In this document: piece by piece, positions 55,802 through 64,000 of the stretch
Position numbering within the stretch: position 1 is the stretch's first letter
Layout: each line of letters begins with the position of its first letter
Source of the DNA: Escherichia phage vB_EcoM_Lh1B
Sequence record: OK428535.1
DNA length: 64,000 nucleotides
Strand: one strand, 5' to 3'
Program-made: the position numbers and the translations under genes
Notes under the pieces: model-generated
What the model saw: only the letters and a program-made list of their open reading frames with translations
The model's database searches: none
What the model was told of the DNA's origin: nothing

Positions 55802-56209
55802 ATGTTAAAGGTGTATAGCGAGTCATTGATGGACTTGCAAGAGTATCTAAAGCATGTGGAAATTAACGGCAACCGTGGAATGATATACTCCATGGTTGTC
55901 GAGATTTTAATTAAAATCGTGCTTGTTTCATTCCACGTAGCAGAAAATGGCACTGCTGTACCAGGAGATGTTTATAAAGGCGTTATTAAGCATCTTAGCG
56001 AGCGCTACAGTTGTTTACGTGAACCGGATATCTTTAATGAGGTGCAGCGTGTTGTGTTGCTTATCCTCGACAACCGTGAAGACTTGGCGTACAAGCTTGC
56101 GCATGAATTGGCAGACACGTCACAGCACGGTGGACAACTGAAATATAACGTTGTGGATCTCGTAGCGTGCAGATACTGGTATACGCAGCCCGAGGTAAGT
56201 AACTTTTAA
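55802..56209 (+). CDS. hypothetical protein
   Basis: ATG at 55802 with GAGGGG RBS; N-terminus MLKVYSESL. Confidence 0.5.
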   Translation: MLKVYSESLMDLQEYLKHVEINGNRGMIYSMVVEILIKIVLVSFHVAENGTAVPGDVYKGVIKHLSERYSCLREPDIFNEVQRVVLLILDNREDLAYKLAHELADTSQHGGQLKYNVVDLVACRYWYTQPEVSNF

Positions 56210-56219
56210 GGAGCATTAG

Positions 56220-56759
56220 ATGCAAATCGTAATTGACTTCGCTCTGTCGGAGTCGAGACGTCAGCTAGATGAAATTCTGTTAGGATTAAAACGTGACGTG
56301 GAATTTGAACTTCACGATGCGTTGGCCGTCCACGAAAATCGTTTGTCTGACGAAATAGGTTCGGGTGTAGATGTGGCTATCTGTGACACTGGGGATATGG
56401 TAAATCAGCTTATTGAACGTATGTTCACGCGGCTGCGTAACATTCTGAACTATCCCCATCGTTTTGAACTGGTAGAAGGGACGGACCAAATCACCGACTT
56501 ATTGAGTGAAGCCTTTGATAAGGTTGGTGAATCTCTGGCGGGGTTACATCAAGAGAACCTGGGCGAGACATATGTTGCTGTGGTCATTAACGGGCAAACG
56601 TCGAACGTTACGGATACGGTAACATGGTCCGATATCGTTGACCAGCCAATCATTGACAAAATCACCAAGCTGTATCNTGAGGCGGAGATGAAGGTGCTGG
56701 CTATCTGTCGTCGCGAACTGCTCTATCTCGGCGAGAAATATGGGAAACCTGTTGAATGA
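56220..56759 (+). CDS. hypothetical protein
   Basis: 179-aa ORF with AAGGAG RBS. Confidence 0.55.
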   Translation: MQIVIDFALSESRRQLDEILLGLKRDVEFELHDALAVHENRLSDEIGSGVDVAICDTGDMVNQLIERMFTRLRNILNYPHRFELVEGTDQITDLLSEAFDKVGESLAGLHQENLGETYVAVVINGQTSNVTDTVTWSDIVDQPIIDKITKLYXEAEMKVLAICRRELLYLGEKYGKPVE

Positions 56760-57298
56760 AAATATTCATTGATTTACTCGATGACGAATTTCGTGAAATA
56801 TTTCCAGCGGCGTTGTTCGAGTTTAAGCGTAAGTGTGAAGACTATCTGATACCGAAGAATATCGATCGTCAACACCTCGCTGGACTTATCTCTGCGGCGT
56901 ACGTCAATATCGCGGTAAATGAAGTTCATCAACTCGCGCAACGTATTGCGTGTTTCGAATACAACGACGAAGACATTGAAGACGGCTTCCTGCAGTCTAA
57001 GATGGGTCGCTTCTCACTCGAACTCAAGACCGATGAGGTTATTGATAAGGTCGGTAAAGCCTTTGATGAAATGAAGGACATCGAAATGATGATTAAGATG
57101 TCTGGACCGGAAGCAGGCCCATTGAAAGAAGCGTGGGAACATCTCAACCGCGACGAGTATAAAGAGATGTACATGGGTGAGTTCACCACCATGCTACGTC
57201 ACCTCGAAGCACAGGTCTGGGAGCATATCGTTTCACGTCTGAAAGAAATACTGATTGTGATTGAGCCAATGCAGCCACTCGCTATTAGTAAATTCTAG
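56756..57298 (+). CDS. hypothetical protein
   Basis: 180-aa ORF, ATGA overlap. Confidence 0.55.
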   Translation: MKIFIDLLDDEFREIFPAALFEFKRKCEDYLIPKNIDRQHLAGLISAAYVNIAVNEVHQLAQRIACFEYNDEDIEDGFLQSKMGRFSLELKTDEVIDKVGKAFDEMKDIEMMIKMSGPEAGPLKEAWEHLNRDEYKEMYMGEFTTMLRHLEAQVWEHIVSRLKEILIVIEPMQPLAISKF

Positions 57299-57302
57299 TT
57301 AA

Positions 57303-57337
57303 ACGGACACTCTTCGGGGTGTCCGTAGTTTTATTTT
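57303..57337 (+). terminator. rho-independent terminator
   Basis: ACGGACAC ... GTGTCCGT hairpin followed by AGTTTTATTTT. Confidence 0.55.
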
Positions 57338-57366
57338 AATCGACCATTAATCTAAAGGAGTATTAA

Positions 57367-58290
57367 ATGGACAGCTTTCTTTTTGATTTGGCAGAATCGG
57401 TAAATGTAGATGTAATCGGTATGCGCGAATCCCCGAGTAATTTCTTAAACGGTCTTACTAAAATCGACGAACGTGTGAAATCCAGAAGTGGAGATCCCGC
57501 CATCATCGAGCAATACGCAATAGCCCATTGTGGCGAGATAGGCCAGCACTTTATACCGATTGAGGCGTTCCTAAAGAACTGCTTCGCCGAAGAATGCACC
57601 GCAGACTTCCTGTCTCTTGCCTACGGCTGGCGATACGGGGGTATCCAAATGGAATTTGATCTTAATATTTTTGAACAAGTTCTACTTGGCGACGTTCTCA
57701 CTGAGATACCACGCAGCTGGATAGACAAGATTCCCGGTTGGGCCGTCTCCTTTTCAGTGTGCTATCGCGCTAAAGATATCGGTATCCAAGAAAAGACTTA
57801 CGTTTTCGGTCGGCGAATGTTTAAAGGGAAAGATTGTTTAACAATGATGATTTTTGGAAAACGTATCGAGGGGGAAACCTTTGAAATCGTGGACGTGGGT
57901 GACGGCTTTGTATCCTTGCGTGTGGCGGAAACTGGTACGCCGGCCAATGAGAAAACGTTACGCATTGTCGGCGCTACCATGTTTACATTCTCACTGATCC
58001 CGCACAACCCTACACCCGTCAAACTGAGACAATTAACTGGAAAGAAACGTATCGCCAATTACCACATTGAACCAAAATCTAAACCGACTGTCCTCTCCAC
58101 CGTAAAAGCACAAAGCGAGTATCTTGAAGAATTTGATACTGATACGGAGAAAAGAACACAAGGTAGCAGATGTGCGCATATGCGTCGTGCACACTGGTGT
58201 ACTTACTGGCTCGGTCCACGTGACGGGAATCGGACAAAGATTTTGAAATGGATACCGCCGACATTTGTCAACGGTTCTAAATGCAAATAA
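57367..58290 (+). CDS. hypothetical protein
   Basis: 307-aa ORF with AAGGAG RBS. Confidence 0.55.
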   Translation: MDSFLFDLAESVNVDVIGMRESPSNFLNGLTKIDERVKSRSGDPAIIEQYAIAHCGEIGQHFIPIEAFLKNCFAEECTADFLSLAYGWRYGGIQMEFDLNIFEQVLLGDVLTEIPRSWIDKIPGWAVSFSVCYRAKDIGIQEKTYVFGRRMFKGKDCLTMMIFGKRIEGETFEIVDVGDGFVSLRVAETGTPANEKTLRIVGATMFTFSLIPHNPTPVKLRQLTGKKRIANYHIEPKSKPTVLSTVKAQSEYLEEFDTDTEKRTQGSRCAHMRRAHWCTYWLGPRDGNRTKILKWIPPTFVNGSKCK

Positions 58291-58299
58291 AATAAAGCC

Positions 58300-58326
58300 T
58301 ACCCACTCCCGTAAGGGGAGTGGGTA
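58300..58326. terminator. bidirectional rho-independent terminator
   Basis: TACCCACTCCC-gtaa-GGGGAGTGGGTA; same stem sequence as the terminator at 8384. Confidence 0.6.
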
Positions 58327-58341
58327 CTGCTTACTTNNTNT

Positions 58342-59097
58342 TTATTTTTTGTTTGCTTTCAGGGTCTTGAGGCGATCACCGGTTACGTTCAGACATTCTG
58401 TCAGTTCATTAATCTGTTTCATAAACAGTCCGAACAGCTCAACCCAGTCAGCACCCATGTCAGCCATTTTCACTAACTCTGCCGCCACATTAGGATGGAC
58501 TTGTGAATTAGAGATAATGTCTACAGAGACGTTGATGCTTTCAACTGTACGGTCAATACCTTTCTGGAGTTTCTTAGTCACTTCCAGGTTCAGCGCTTTG
58601 GCACGATTAAACGCAACGTCAATCTCACCTGCACTGTGGTAGGTCTTTTCAATCGCACGCTGGTCGATCACATTGTTGGTGTACGACTTCGCCAGTTTTT
58701 CAACCAGGTCTTTCGGATTGATGTTTTTCAGTGGATAGTTCAGGTCTTTGAACTTAAACCNAATCGNNNGAGTTAACATGCCCNGGTCGTGTGTCATCGC
58801 GCCGAAACGTTTGTCGATGGGACTTAAAACCCCTTCCTGAATCTTCTGGAGCACAGCCCATACAGATTCCAACCGTTCTATGTGGTCCATCACATACGTG
58901 TTGAAGCCCGGTGGTACGGGTACAAGCATTCCGGTAAAGTTTAAAAACTTCTCTTGCTGCATCCACTTGGACACATCAGACATGTCGTCATAGGTGGTCA
59001 GCGCGAGTTCCTGTTGAGAGCCGCTGAAGGCTTTAGGCAGAATCGTGGATGCTTTGGCAACAAAGCCCGACAACGCTGCAAGTGGATTAACATTCAT
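58342..59097 (-). CDS. hypothetical protein
   Basis: 251-aa ORF on the minus strand, flanked by terminator. Confidence 0.55.
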   Translation of the reverse strand: MNVNPLAALSGFVAKASTILPKAFSGSQQELALTTYDDMSDVSKWMQQEKFLNFTGMLVPVPPGFNTYVMDHIERLESVWAVLQKIQEGVLSPIDKRFGAMTHDXGMLTXXIXFKFKDLNYPLKNINPKDLVEKLAKSYTNNVIDQRAIEKTYHSAGEIDVAFNRAKALNLEVTKKLQKGIDRTVESINVSVDIISNSQVHPNVAAELVKMADMGADWVELFGLFMKQINELTECLNVTGDRLKTLKANKK

Positions 59098-59195
59098 TCT
59101 ATCAACCTCGAATATATAAGGGATTGGGCTACATAGTAAGTCTTTTACGTATCACCCAAACCTTATGTACGAGAACTGCAAAAAGGTAACACCTG

Positions 59196-59495
59196 ATGAA
59201 AATCAAATTACTGACTCGTGCTTTAACCTCTCGTATCGAACCTGAGATTTACACCACCCCGACGAAGAAGAATACCGATGGTAGTCCGATCGTGGTTGGT
59301 AAAATCCTGAACGTGACCACACGTGCTGATGGTCAACGCGTTCTGGAAATCGAAATCGACGAACGTAACCGTAACCGCTTCAAAAGCATTTCTAACATCA
59401 ATCCTAAGGATGACAACCAAGTCACCGAGTGGGCAGAAGTGCATTTCGAAGTTTGGCATAAACGTCGTCTGTTACTCCCACTGAAAAAACGCTAA
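59196..59495 (+). CDS. hypothetical protein
   Basis: 99-aa ORF. Confidence 0.5.
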   Translation: MKIKLLTRALTSRIEPEIYTTPTKKNTDGSPIVVGKILNVTTRADGQRVLEIEIDERNRNRFKSISNINPKDDNQVTEWAEVHFEVWHKRRLLLPLKKR

Positions 59496-59510
59496 TTGAC
59501 GGNGCGNTAA

Positions 59511-61004
59511 ATGGCAGGTCCAGCTAAACAAGTCATGGGTGAAGTGATTCGCCCTCGTTTTAACGTATATACCATCATGGACCACGCTCTCGGTAACTAC
59601 GAGCGCGGGGAAGATGGTTTGTACTACCTCAACGGTGGTTTTGCCCACATCATGGGCTTCGCAGGTCGTGGGAATACCTTTAAGTCTACCTTATTGGACT
59701 TCTGTATTTTCATGATTCTGCAACGTTATAATGCAGCCTGGGGATCGAAATACGATACCGAAGTTACGGCAGCATTAAGTCGTCTGGAAACGGGGTACAT
59801 TTCCGCAGCGAAAGCAAACGGATTAGAAGTATCGCCAACAGGCGGCGTGCTGGACCTGATCCACGAAGGTCGTTACAACATGGTTGGCTCGGATATCATG
59901 GCGGGTGAGGAGTATTACTCTGCTTATATCCGTGACGAAGTCGAAAAACGTTTCAAAGAGTATATGGCTGGTAAGGCACGTGAAACACCGTTCCCGGACC
60001 CAATCCGTCGCTCTGCGAAAAAGATTCTCGACCCGTGGTTGTACTCGATTGACTCCCTGTCCGAATGGCACACCTCTTCCCTGGAAGAGAAACACGCCAA
60101 ATCAGAAGTCGGTGATTCTGAACAGAACATCCTGAACGCCCACGATGCGCTGCAGAAATCGAACATGATGAGCCGTTGGCCGTCTGCGTTTGCGCGTGGT
60201 GGTTTCTATATGGGCTTCGTTGCTCAGTTGGCCGACGATGCGGGNAAAGCAATGGCGGCAGGTGGCCGGGGTGGACCGAAGGCGAACGGTAAACTGTTGG
60301 ACGATGCAGGCGATGATCTGAAGTTTGCGGGTATCCCGCGCCGTCAGTTGTCGTTCTTAACTAACTCCCTGCTGGTTGCAACCAAGTCTGGTGAGTTGAA
60401 GCAGGATCAGACTTACAACGCGAAGACCGGTGTAAACGAAGAGAAATACCCGACTGCGCGTTCGAAAGCAATGAATGCTTCGGTGAACGACCTGAAAGAA
60501 ATTGTTTTCACGCAGTACCGTGCGAAGGGTGGTCACACAGGCGTTAAGTTCAAAATGGTCTTCTCGCAGGAGATGGGTCTGCTTTATCACCTCTCTCTGT
60601 GGCATTACCTGAGCGACACACTGAAAGATGAATGGGGCTACAAACGTAGTGGTGCTAACTATACCCTCGATTTGCTACCTGGTACATCTTTCATGCGTAC
60701 CACGATTCGCGACATGTGTGACAGCAACCCGCGTTTGCGCCGTGCGTTGGAAATCACCGCCGCACTAGCGTACATGCAGAATAACTACCACCGACTGGAA
60801 ATGAAGTACCATCTCTCACCGGCGGAGCTTTATAAAGTTATCGACGAAAAGTGGGACTGGAATGAAATTCTGGACAATACAGTGGAATACTGGATGTTCA
60901 AGGATCAGGAAGTCAAAGGTGGTAAGCGTTGCTTAACAGCAATGTCATTACTGGCGATGGCCGTGGATGGTCTGGAACCTAAGTTCTTGACTAAGAAGAA
61001 ATAA
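59511..61004 (+). CDS. hypothetical protein
   Basis: 497-aa ORF followed by a strong terminator. Confidence 0.6.
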   Translation: MAGPAKQVMGEVIRPRFNVYTIMDHALGNYERGEDGLYYLNGGFAHIMGFAGRGNTFKSTLLDFCIFMILQRYNAAWGSKYDTEVTAALSRLETGYISAAKANGLEVSPTGGVLDLIHEGRYNMVGSDIMAGEEYYSAYIRDEVEKRFKEYMAGKARETPFPDPIRRSAKKILDPWLYSIDSLSEWHTSSLEEKHAKSEVGDSEQNILNAHDALQKSNMMSRWPSAFARGGFYMGFVAQLADDAXKAMAAGGRGGPKANGKLLDDAGDDLKFAGIPRRQLSFLTNSLLVATKSGELKQDQTYNAKTGVNEEKYPTARSKAMNASVNDLKEIVFTQYRAKGGHTGVKFKMVFSQEMGLLYHLSLWHYLSDTLKDEWGYKRSGANYTLDLLPGTSFMRTTIRDMCDSNPRLRRALEITAALAYMQNNYHRLEMKYHLSPAELYKVIDEKWDWNEILDNTVEYWMFKDQEVKGGKRCLTAMSLLAMAVDGLEPKFLTKKK

Positions 61005-61009
61005 GCATG

Positions 61010-61034
61010 GGCGGGGCAACCCGCCTGTTTTTTC
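61010..61034 (+). terminator. rho-independent terminator
   Basis: GGCGGG-gcaa-CCCGCC hairpin (GNRA loop) followed by TGTTTTTT. Confidence 0.5.
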
Positions 61035-61049
61035 CCCTNAGGATTAGCG

Positions 61050-61325
61050 ATGCGTTATCAGAAAGATATTGTAGAGCGTCTGTGTCTGGGTCTCGCTGGT
61101 ATTAGCCAGGAACTTAGCACCGCGTTCCATAACGAGTTCTCAGCACCGCGACATGCACTGTCTGAATTTAGTCATCAGGTAAATGCCCATTACGGCAACC
61201 TGATTAATGATAAACCGAAGGTTGATGCGGTCGGTGTGCCTGAACACAATGAAGATATCCCGTACTGGATTGAAGACCTGGAACGTGTGGTTCTTCCAGT
61301 GCTCCGTGAGAGGATGAAAAAATGA
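61050..61325 (+). CDS. hypothetical protein
   Basis: 91-aa ORF. Confidence 0.5.
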   Translation: MRYQKDIVERLCLGLAGISQELSTAFHNEFSAPRHALSEFSHQVNAHYGNLINDKPKVDAVGVPEHNEDIPYWIEDLERVVLPVLRERMKK

Positions 61326-61990
61326 GATTAGACCCGGCACGGCGAAAAAAAGCAGAAGCTTATGCTTTACAGTTACTGAACTTAGTTGACCCGACCGGGA
61401 TTAACGCGGAAGCTGCCAAGCGCGCTTTCTCACGAATGTCTGACGAAGAGTTCAATCGTCTGCGCGAAGGGTTGCCTGTTTACAACCCAACTGGTGNCAA
61501 GGTCAAAATTGACCATATGCGCAATATTAAAATTTGCGAAGCGATGGGACTGAACTTGTGTCAGCGCCTGTGGCTCACGGAACCGAAAACCGGTATCCTG
61601 CAGCGTACCCGTTACCCCCATTTAGTCTTCCGCCTGCCTGCACGTCGCCAGACGCAGATGCAAGAGAAGAAAATGGCGGTGGCGAAGAACGATAAAGTCC
61701 GCGATAAACTCTCAGGTCAGGTAGTAGGGCCTTCCAAAGCTTCGGGTGTTTCGTTTCCAGAAGCGTACATCATGTACTCGGATGGACACGACTCAACGCT
61801 CCAGGAGTTCCTGTGGGCGCGTGGTGGTAACGATACGTTACAACGTGCGTTCTATCAATCGCTACGGCAAACCGGTAAAGGTCGCATCAACCTGGAAGGG
61901 GCTGAGCGTACCAGTTCAAAAGCGCCGCGTACATGGTCTTCGTACTTTAAAGCAATGCACATCGGTAACAACTTAGGACGCCCGGAATGA
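61322..61990 (+). CDS. hypothetical protein
   Basis: 222-aa ORF, ATGA overlap. Confidence 0.55.
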   Translation: MRLDPARRKKAEAYALQLLNLVDPTGINAEAAKRAFSRMSDEEFNRLREGLPVYNPTGXKVKIDHMRNIKICEAMGLNLCQRLWLTEPKTGILQRTRYPHLVFRLPARRQTQMQEKKMAVAKNDKVRDKLSGQVVGPSKASGVSFPEAYIMYSDGHDSTLQEFLWARGGNDTLQRAFYQSLRQTGKGRINLEGAERTSSKAPRTWSSYFKAMHIGNNLGRPE

Positions 61991-62715
61991 GATTAGGACG
62001 CCGTTTCTTAGTCGATATCGACACAATCTTCGATACACGAATTGGTTGGGCGAAAGTGTTGCAGCCTGATGTATTAGAGAAGCTTGATTTAGAAGTGTAT
62101 CGGATGCGGTTCACGGATGCGTGGGCCGAAGTGGTAGGAATTCAGGACTGGAATAAAAAGTTCGCGGAGCGTGATAAACGCGCGTTGCAGAACGCGCAGC
62201 CAACAGAAATGTTGCTTACGCTAAAGAACGAAGTACAGGCAATGTTAATGACGATACAGATGCACGCTCCTATCGAGCGACCAGTCTTAACGTTTAACCT
62301 GTGGCCGTACGCCGATCTCGATGATGAAGAACGTCATGCGTTTTTGGAAGAACTGCGTTACTACTATAACGAAGTGCAAGTAGACGTCGTTGTTATTCCT
62401 CACAGCGATCTTACACCAGGACGACTTGCTTCGGCGTGGGACGGTTGGATAATGTACGACTGGTACCCGTGGATAGAACAACACGCGGGCCATTTCCAGA
62501 AACCGATTCCGGACTTCACTATTACCCGACCGAGTATGCTGACCAGCGAATTAACGGAAGAAGCCATCGCGCAAATAAAAAGAGATAAGGTGAACCCCTT
62601 TAAGGAGTCCACCCGTTTTCTTGCTCAGTACGTCGGTACTGACGTAAAGGACACTGCGCTGTTTAGTCTTCGTCGTCATCAGCAGGACGACGACTCGCAA
62701 ACGCAGACGCCATGA
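61987..62715 (+). CDS. hypothetical protein
   Basis: 242-aa ORF, ATGA overlap. Confidence 0.55.
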   Translation: MRLGRRFLVDIDTIFDTRIGWAKVLQPDVLEKLDLEVYRMRFTDAWAEVVGIQDWNKKFAERDKRALQNAQPTEMLLTLKNEVQAMLMTIQMHAPIERPVLTFNLWPYADLDDEERHAFLEELRYYYNEVQVDVVVIPHSDLTPGRLASAWDGWIMYDWYPWIEQHAGHFQKPIPDFTITRPSMLTSELTEEAIAQIKRDKVNPFKESTRFLAQYVGTDVKDTALFSLRRHQQDDDSQTQTP

Positions 62716-63133
62716 TCTGGTCAACGTCAATCTTTTCGCCTACTGGTGCCAACTCACCTTCTTTCGGAGGCCGTACTGCGGCAATCTGTGGGACGGTGGG
62801 TTGGTATCCGTTATTTAAATCTTCTTCATCGTCGTGACGTTTGATACCAACGCCAGCACGGGTCATTAAGAAGCCGTTTAAACTGTTGGCCAAATNTTGA
62901 GTCGCCTCAGCGCCTTTCNCAGCAGCTTTAATTTTCCGCTTCGTCATGACCTGTTTGTCGATGCCGTTGATTAGGCGTTCGATTCGGTCGACGGCTTTTA
63001 AGTCTTTGTGTACTTCACCGTCGTTCACCATATCCGTGACGAGCTTAACGCGTAGCTGTTGTGTTTGGCGGAGAAGCGAATCTTCGTTGTCCACATCTCC
63101 GTCGAACGCTTGGTATTTCACTTCTTCGCTCAT
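62663..63133 (-). CDS. hypothetical acidic protein (convergent, 3' ends overlap by about 50 nt)
   Basis: 156-aa ORF with GAGGT RBS on the minus strand. Confidence 0.45.
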   Translation of the reverse strand: MSEEVKYQAFDGDVDNEDSLLRQTQQLRVKLVTDMVNDGEVHKDLKAVDRIERLINGIDKQVMTKRKIKAAXKGAEATQXLANSLNGFLMTRAGVGIKRHDDEEDLNNGYQPTVPQIAAVRPPKEGELAPVGEKIDVDQIMASAFASRRPADDDED

Positions 63134-63157
63134 GGGATAACCTCATCTCAAAAAGAA

Positions 63158-63179
63158 CTCAGACAGATATTATCTATCC
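63158..63179 (+). promoter_or_regulatory. recurring intergenic motif (candidate promoter element)
   Basis: CTCAGACAGATATTATCTATCC upstream of CDS 63210. Confidence 0.3.
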
Positions 63180-63209
63180 GAGACAACATCTCATAATAGG
63201 ATAACACCT

Positions 63210-63740
63210 ATGCTTTTTAAATGGCTTTCAACACTCCTGCGTCGTAAGGCTGTAGAAGCTCGCAGACGCTCTTTGGAGGCTGAGTTTCATAAGAATACCC
63301 ATAACACCCTACACAGAGTGATGGTGGGCTTAGAACTCATTACAGAGCCTCTGGAATATAATGGGAAAGAATACCTTCCTTTTTCATTGCGTGGACAACT
63401 CGAATTACGTATTCGAGATTTTGACACGTTGGTGGAGCGATTGGAATTCTTCATTTCTGAGTATAACCGTGTATCCAGTAGCAACATTCCCAATCAACGT
63501 TGGTTAGAGTTGCCTGAGGCAATCGATAGAAAAGGAGAGAGTTCAGAACCACGATGGCTTGATCATTATTTCGGTGCATCCGATCCTGAAGTCGCGCGCG
63601 AAAAACTGCGCACAGTCTTCGCTATGTTAGAACTGTATCAGCGTGCATTTGATAAACAAACACCCGAACAGGATACGCTGTTTAATCAAACCGCACATAT
63701 CTTCCGCGAGTTAGAAGTGATAGTGGAACACTATCTCTAA
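63210..63740 (+). CDS. hypothetical protein
   Basis: 176-aa ORF. Confidence 0.55.
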   Translation: MLFKWLSTLLRRKAVEARRRSLEAEFHKNTHNTLHRVMVGLELITEPLEYNGKEYLPFSLRGQLELRIRDFDTLVERLEFFISEYNRVSSSNIPNQRWLELPEAIDRKGESSEPRWLDHYFGASDPEVAREKLRTVFAMLELYQRAFDKQTPEQDTLFNQTAHIFRELEVIVEHYL

Positions 63741-63773
63741 CTTTTAATCTATTCCCTTGTAACAAGGTGATGT

Positions 63774-64000
63774 ATGGATGATGAGAAAAAGCCGCCGCTG
63801 AATAGCACACGCGAGCAAATTTGGCACGGTACGCCACCGGCGTCAGATTCCAGCTACCCGTTAAGGAAAGCTTATTGGAATCTGGTTAAGTTGATGGGTA
63901 TTAGCGACGGGATATGGAAAGACCTTATCCGTCAACATGTCAACGACCCGGAGTATCTGAAACAGTTTCGCGACAGCAAACTGACCACGATGACCGACCG
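63774..64000 (+). CDS. hypothetical protein, 3'-truncated by window end
   Basis: ATG at 63774 with AAGGTG RBS; frame open to the end of the window. Confidence 0.45.
   Translation, partial: MDDEKKPPLNSTREQIWHGTPPASDSSYPLRKAYWNLVKLMGISDGIWKDLIRQHVNDPEYLKQFRDSKLTTMTD

Noticed and set aside
59511-61004. P-loop NTPase (terminase or helicase) call for the 497-aa protein based on GFAGRGNTFKST
   Set aside because: The motif lacks the invariant GK[ST] lysine position of Walker A (G-x4-GK[ST]); no Walker B found; left as hypothetical.
1-64000. tRNA genes or a tRNA cluster
   Set aside because: I inspected the longer non-coding gaps (8292-8416, 8909-9032, 31088-31295, 32229-32408, 32727-32846, 42667-43110, 45537-45635, 59098-59195) for cloverleaf hallmarks (GTTCRANYC T-loop, 7-bp acceptor stems) and found none; a tRNAscan-SE or ARAGORN run would be decisive.
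1-64000. CRISPR array or other regularly spaced repeats
   Set aside because: The repeated hairpins are individually placed at gene ends with T-runs (terminators), not regularly spaced direct repeats with spacers.
1-64000. Integrase, transposase, homing endonuclease or attachment-site features (prophage or mobile-element boundary)
   Set aside because: No tyrosine/serine recombinase, DDE, HNH or GIY-YIG motifs recognised; gene content is uniformly phage-like across the window, so no boundary is supported.

Overview
This window reads as a contiguous segment of a large, probably virulent, tailed dsDNA phage (host likely Enterobacterales, inferred only from about 50% GC, AGGAG-type ribosome-binding sites and lipobox signals). 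No integrase, transposase, tRNA or CRISPR array was found. Coding density is very high, with many ATGA-type start/stop overlaps and numerous rho-independent terminators. Layout: (i) 1-6.1 kb, plus-strand virion/tail-fibre paralogs; (ii) 6.2-8.3 kb, cell-wall hydrolases (GH108 endolysin, M15-family peptidase); (iii) 9.7-29.5 kb, one long minus-strand block with four very large tail-fibre genes sharing an N-terminal anchor domain, followed in the same orientation by three tandem Cys/Gly/Ser-rich peptide genes, two radical-SAM enzymes (one with a SPASM-type C-terminal Cys cluster) and three unknown proteins; (iv) 29.5-64 kb, mostly plus-strand small genes including a family of secreted Cys-containing paralogs, a Rad50/SbcC-like ATPase, a run of tiny membrane peptides, a TARG1/Macro-type macrodomain protein, an SLT-like transglycosylase, a DEDD exonuclease and an RNase H-domain fusion. 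The most unusual element is the radical-SAM plus Cys-rich peptide cassette inside the tail-fibre operon, which I interpret as a candidate phage-encoded RiPP-like (or fibre-tip cross-linking) maturation system. All functional calls come from motif recognition by eye and recalled family signatures; no database search was run. Runs of n (for example 1860-1980, 4975-5020, 5590-5680, 6140-6215, 7330-7380, 14660-14710, 29780-29830, 30700-30900, 41440-41850, 46150-46260, 49650-49800, 50920-51000, 52505-52650) make exact reading frames there uncertain.
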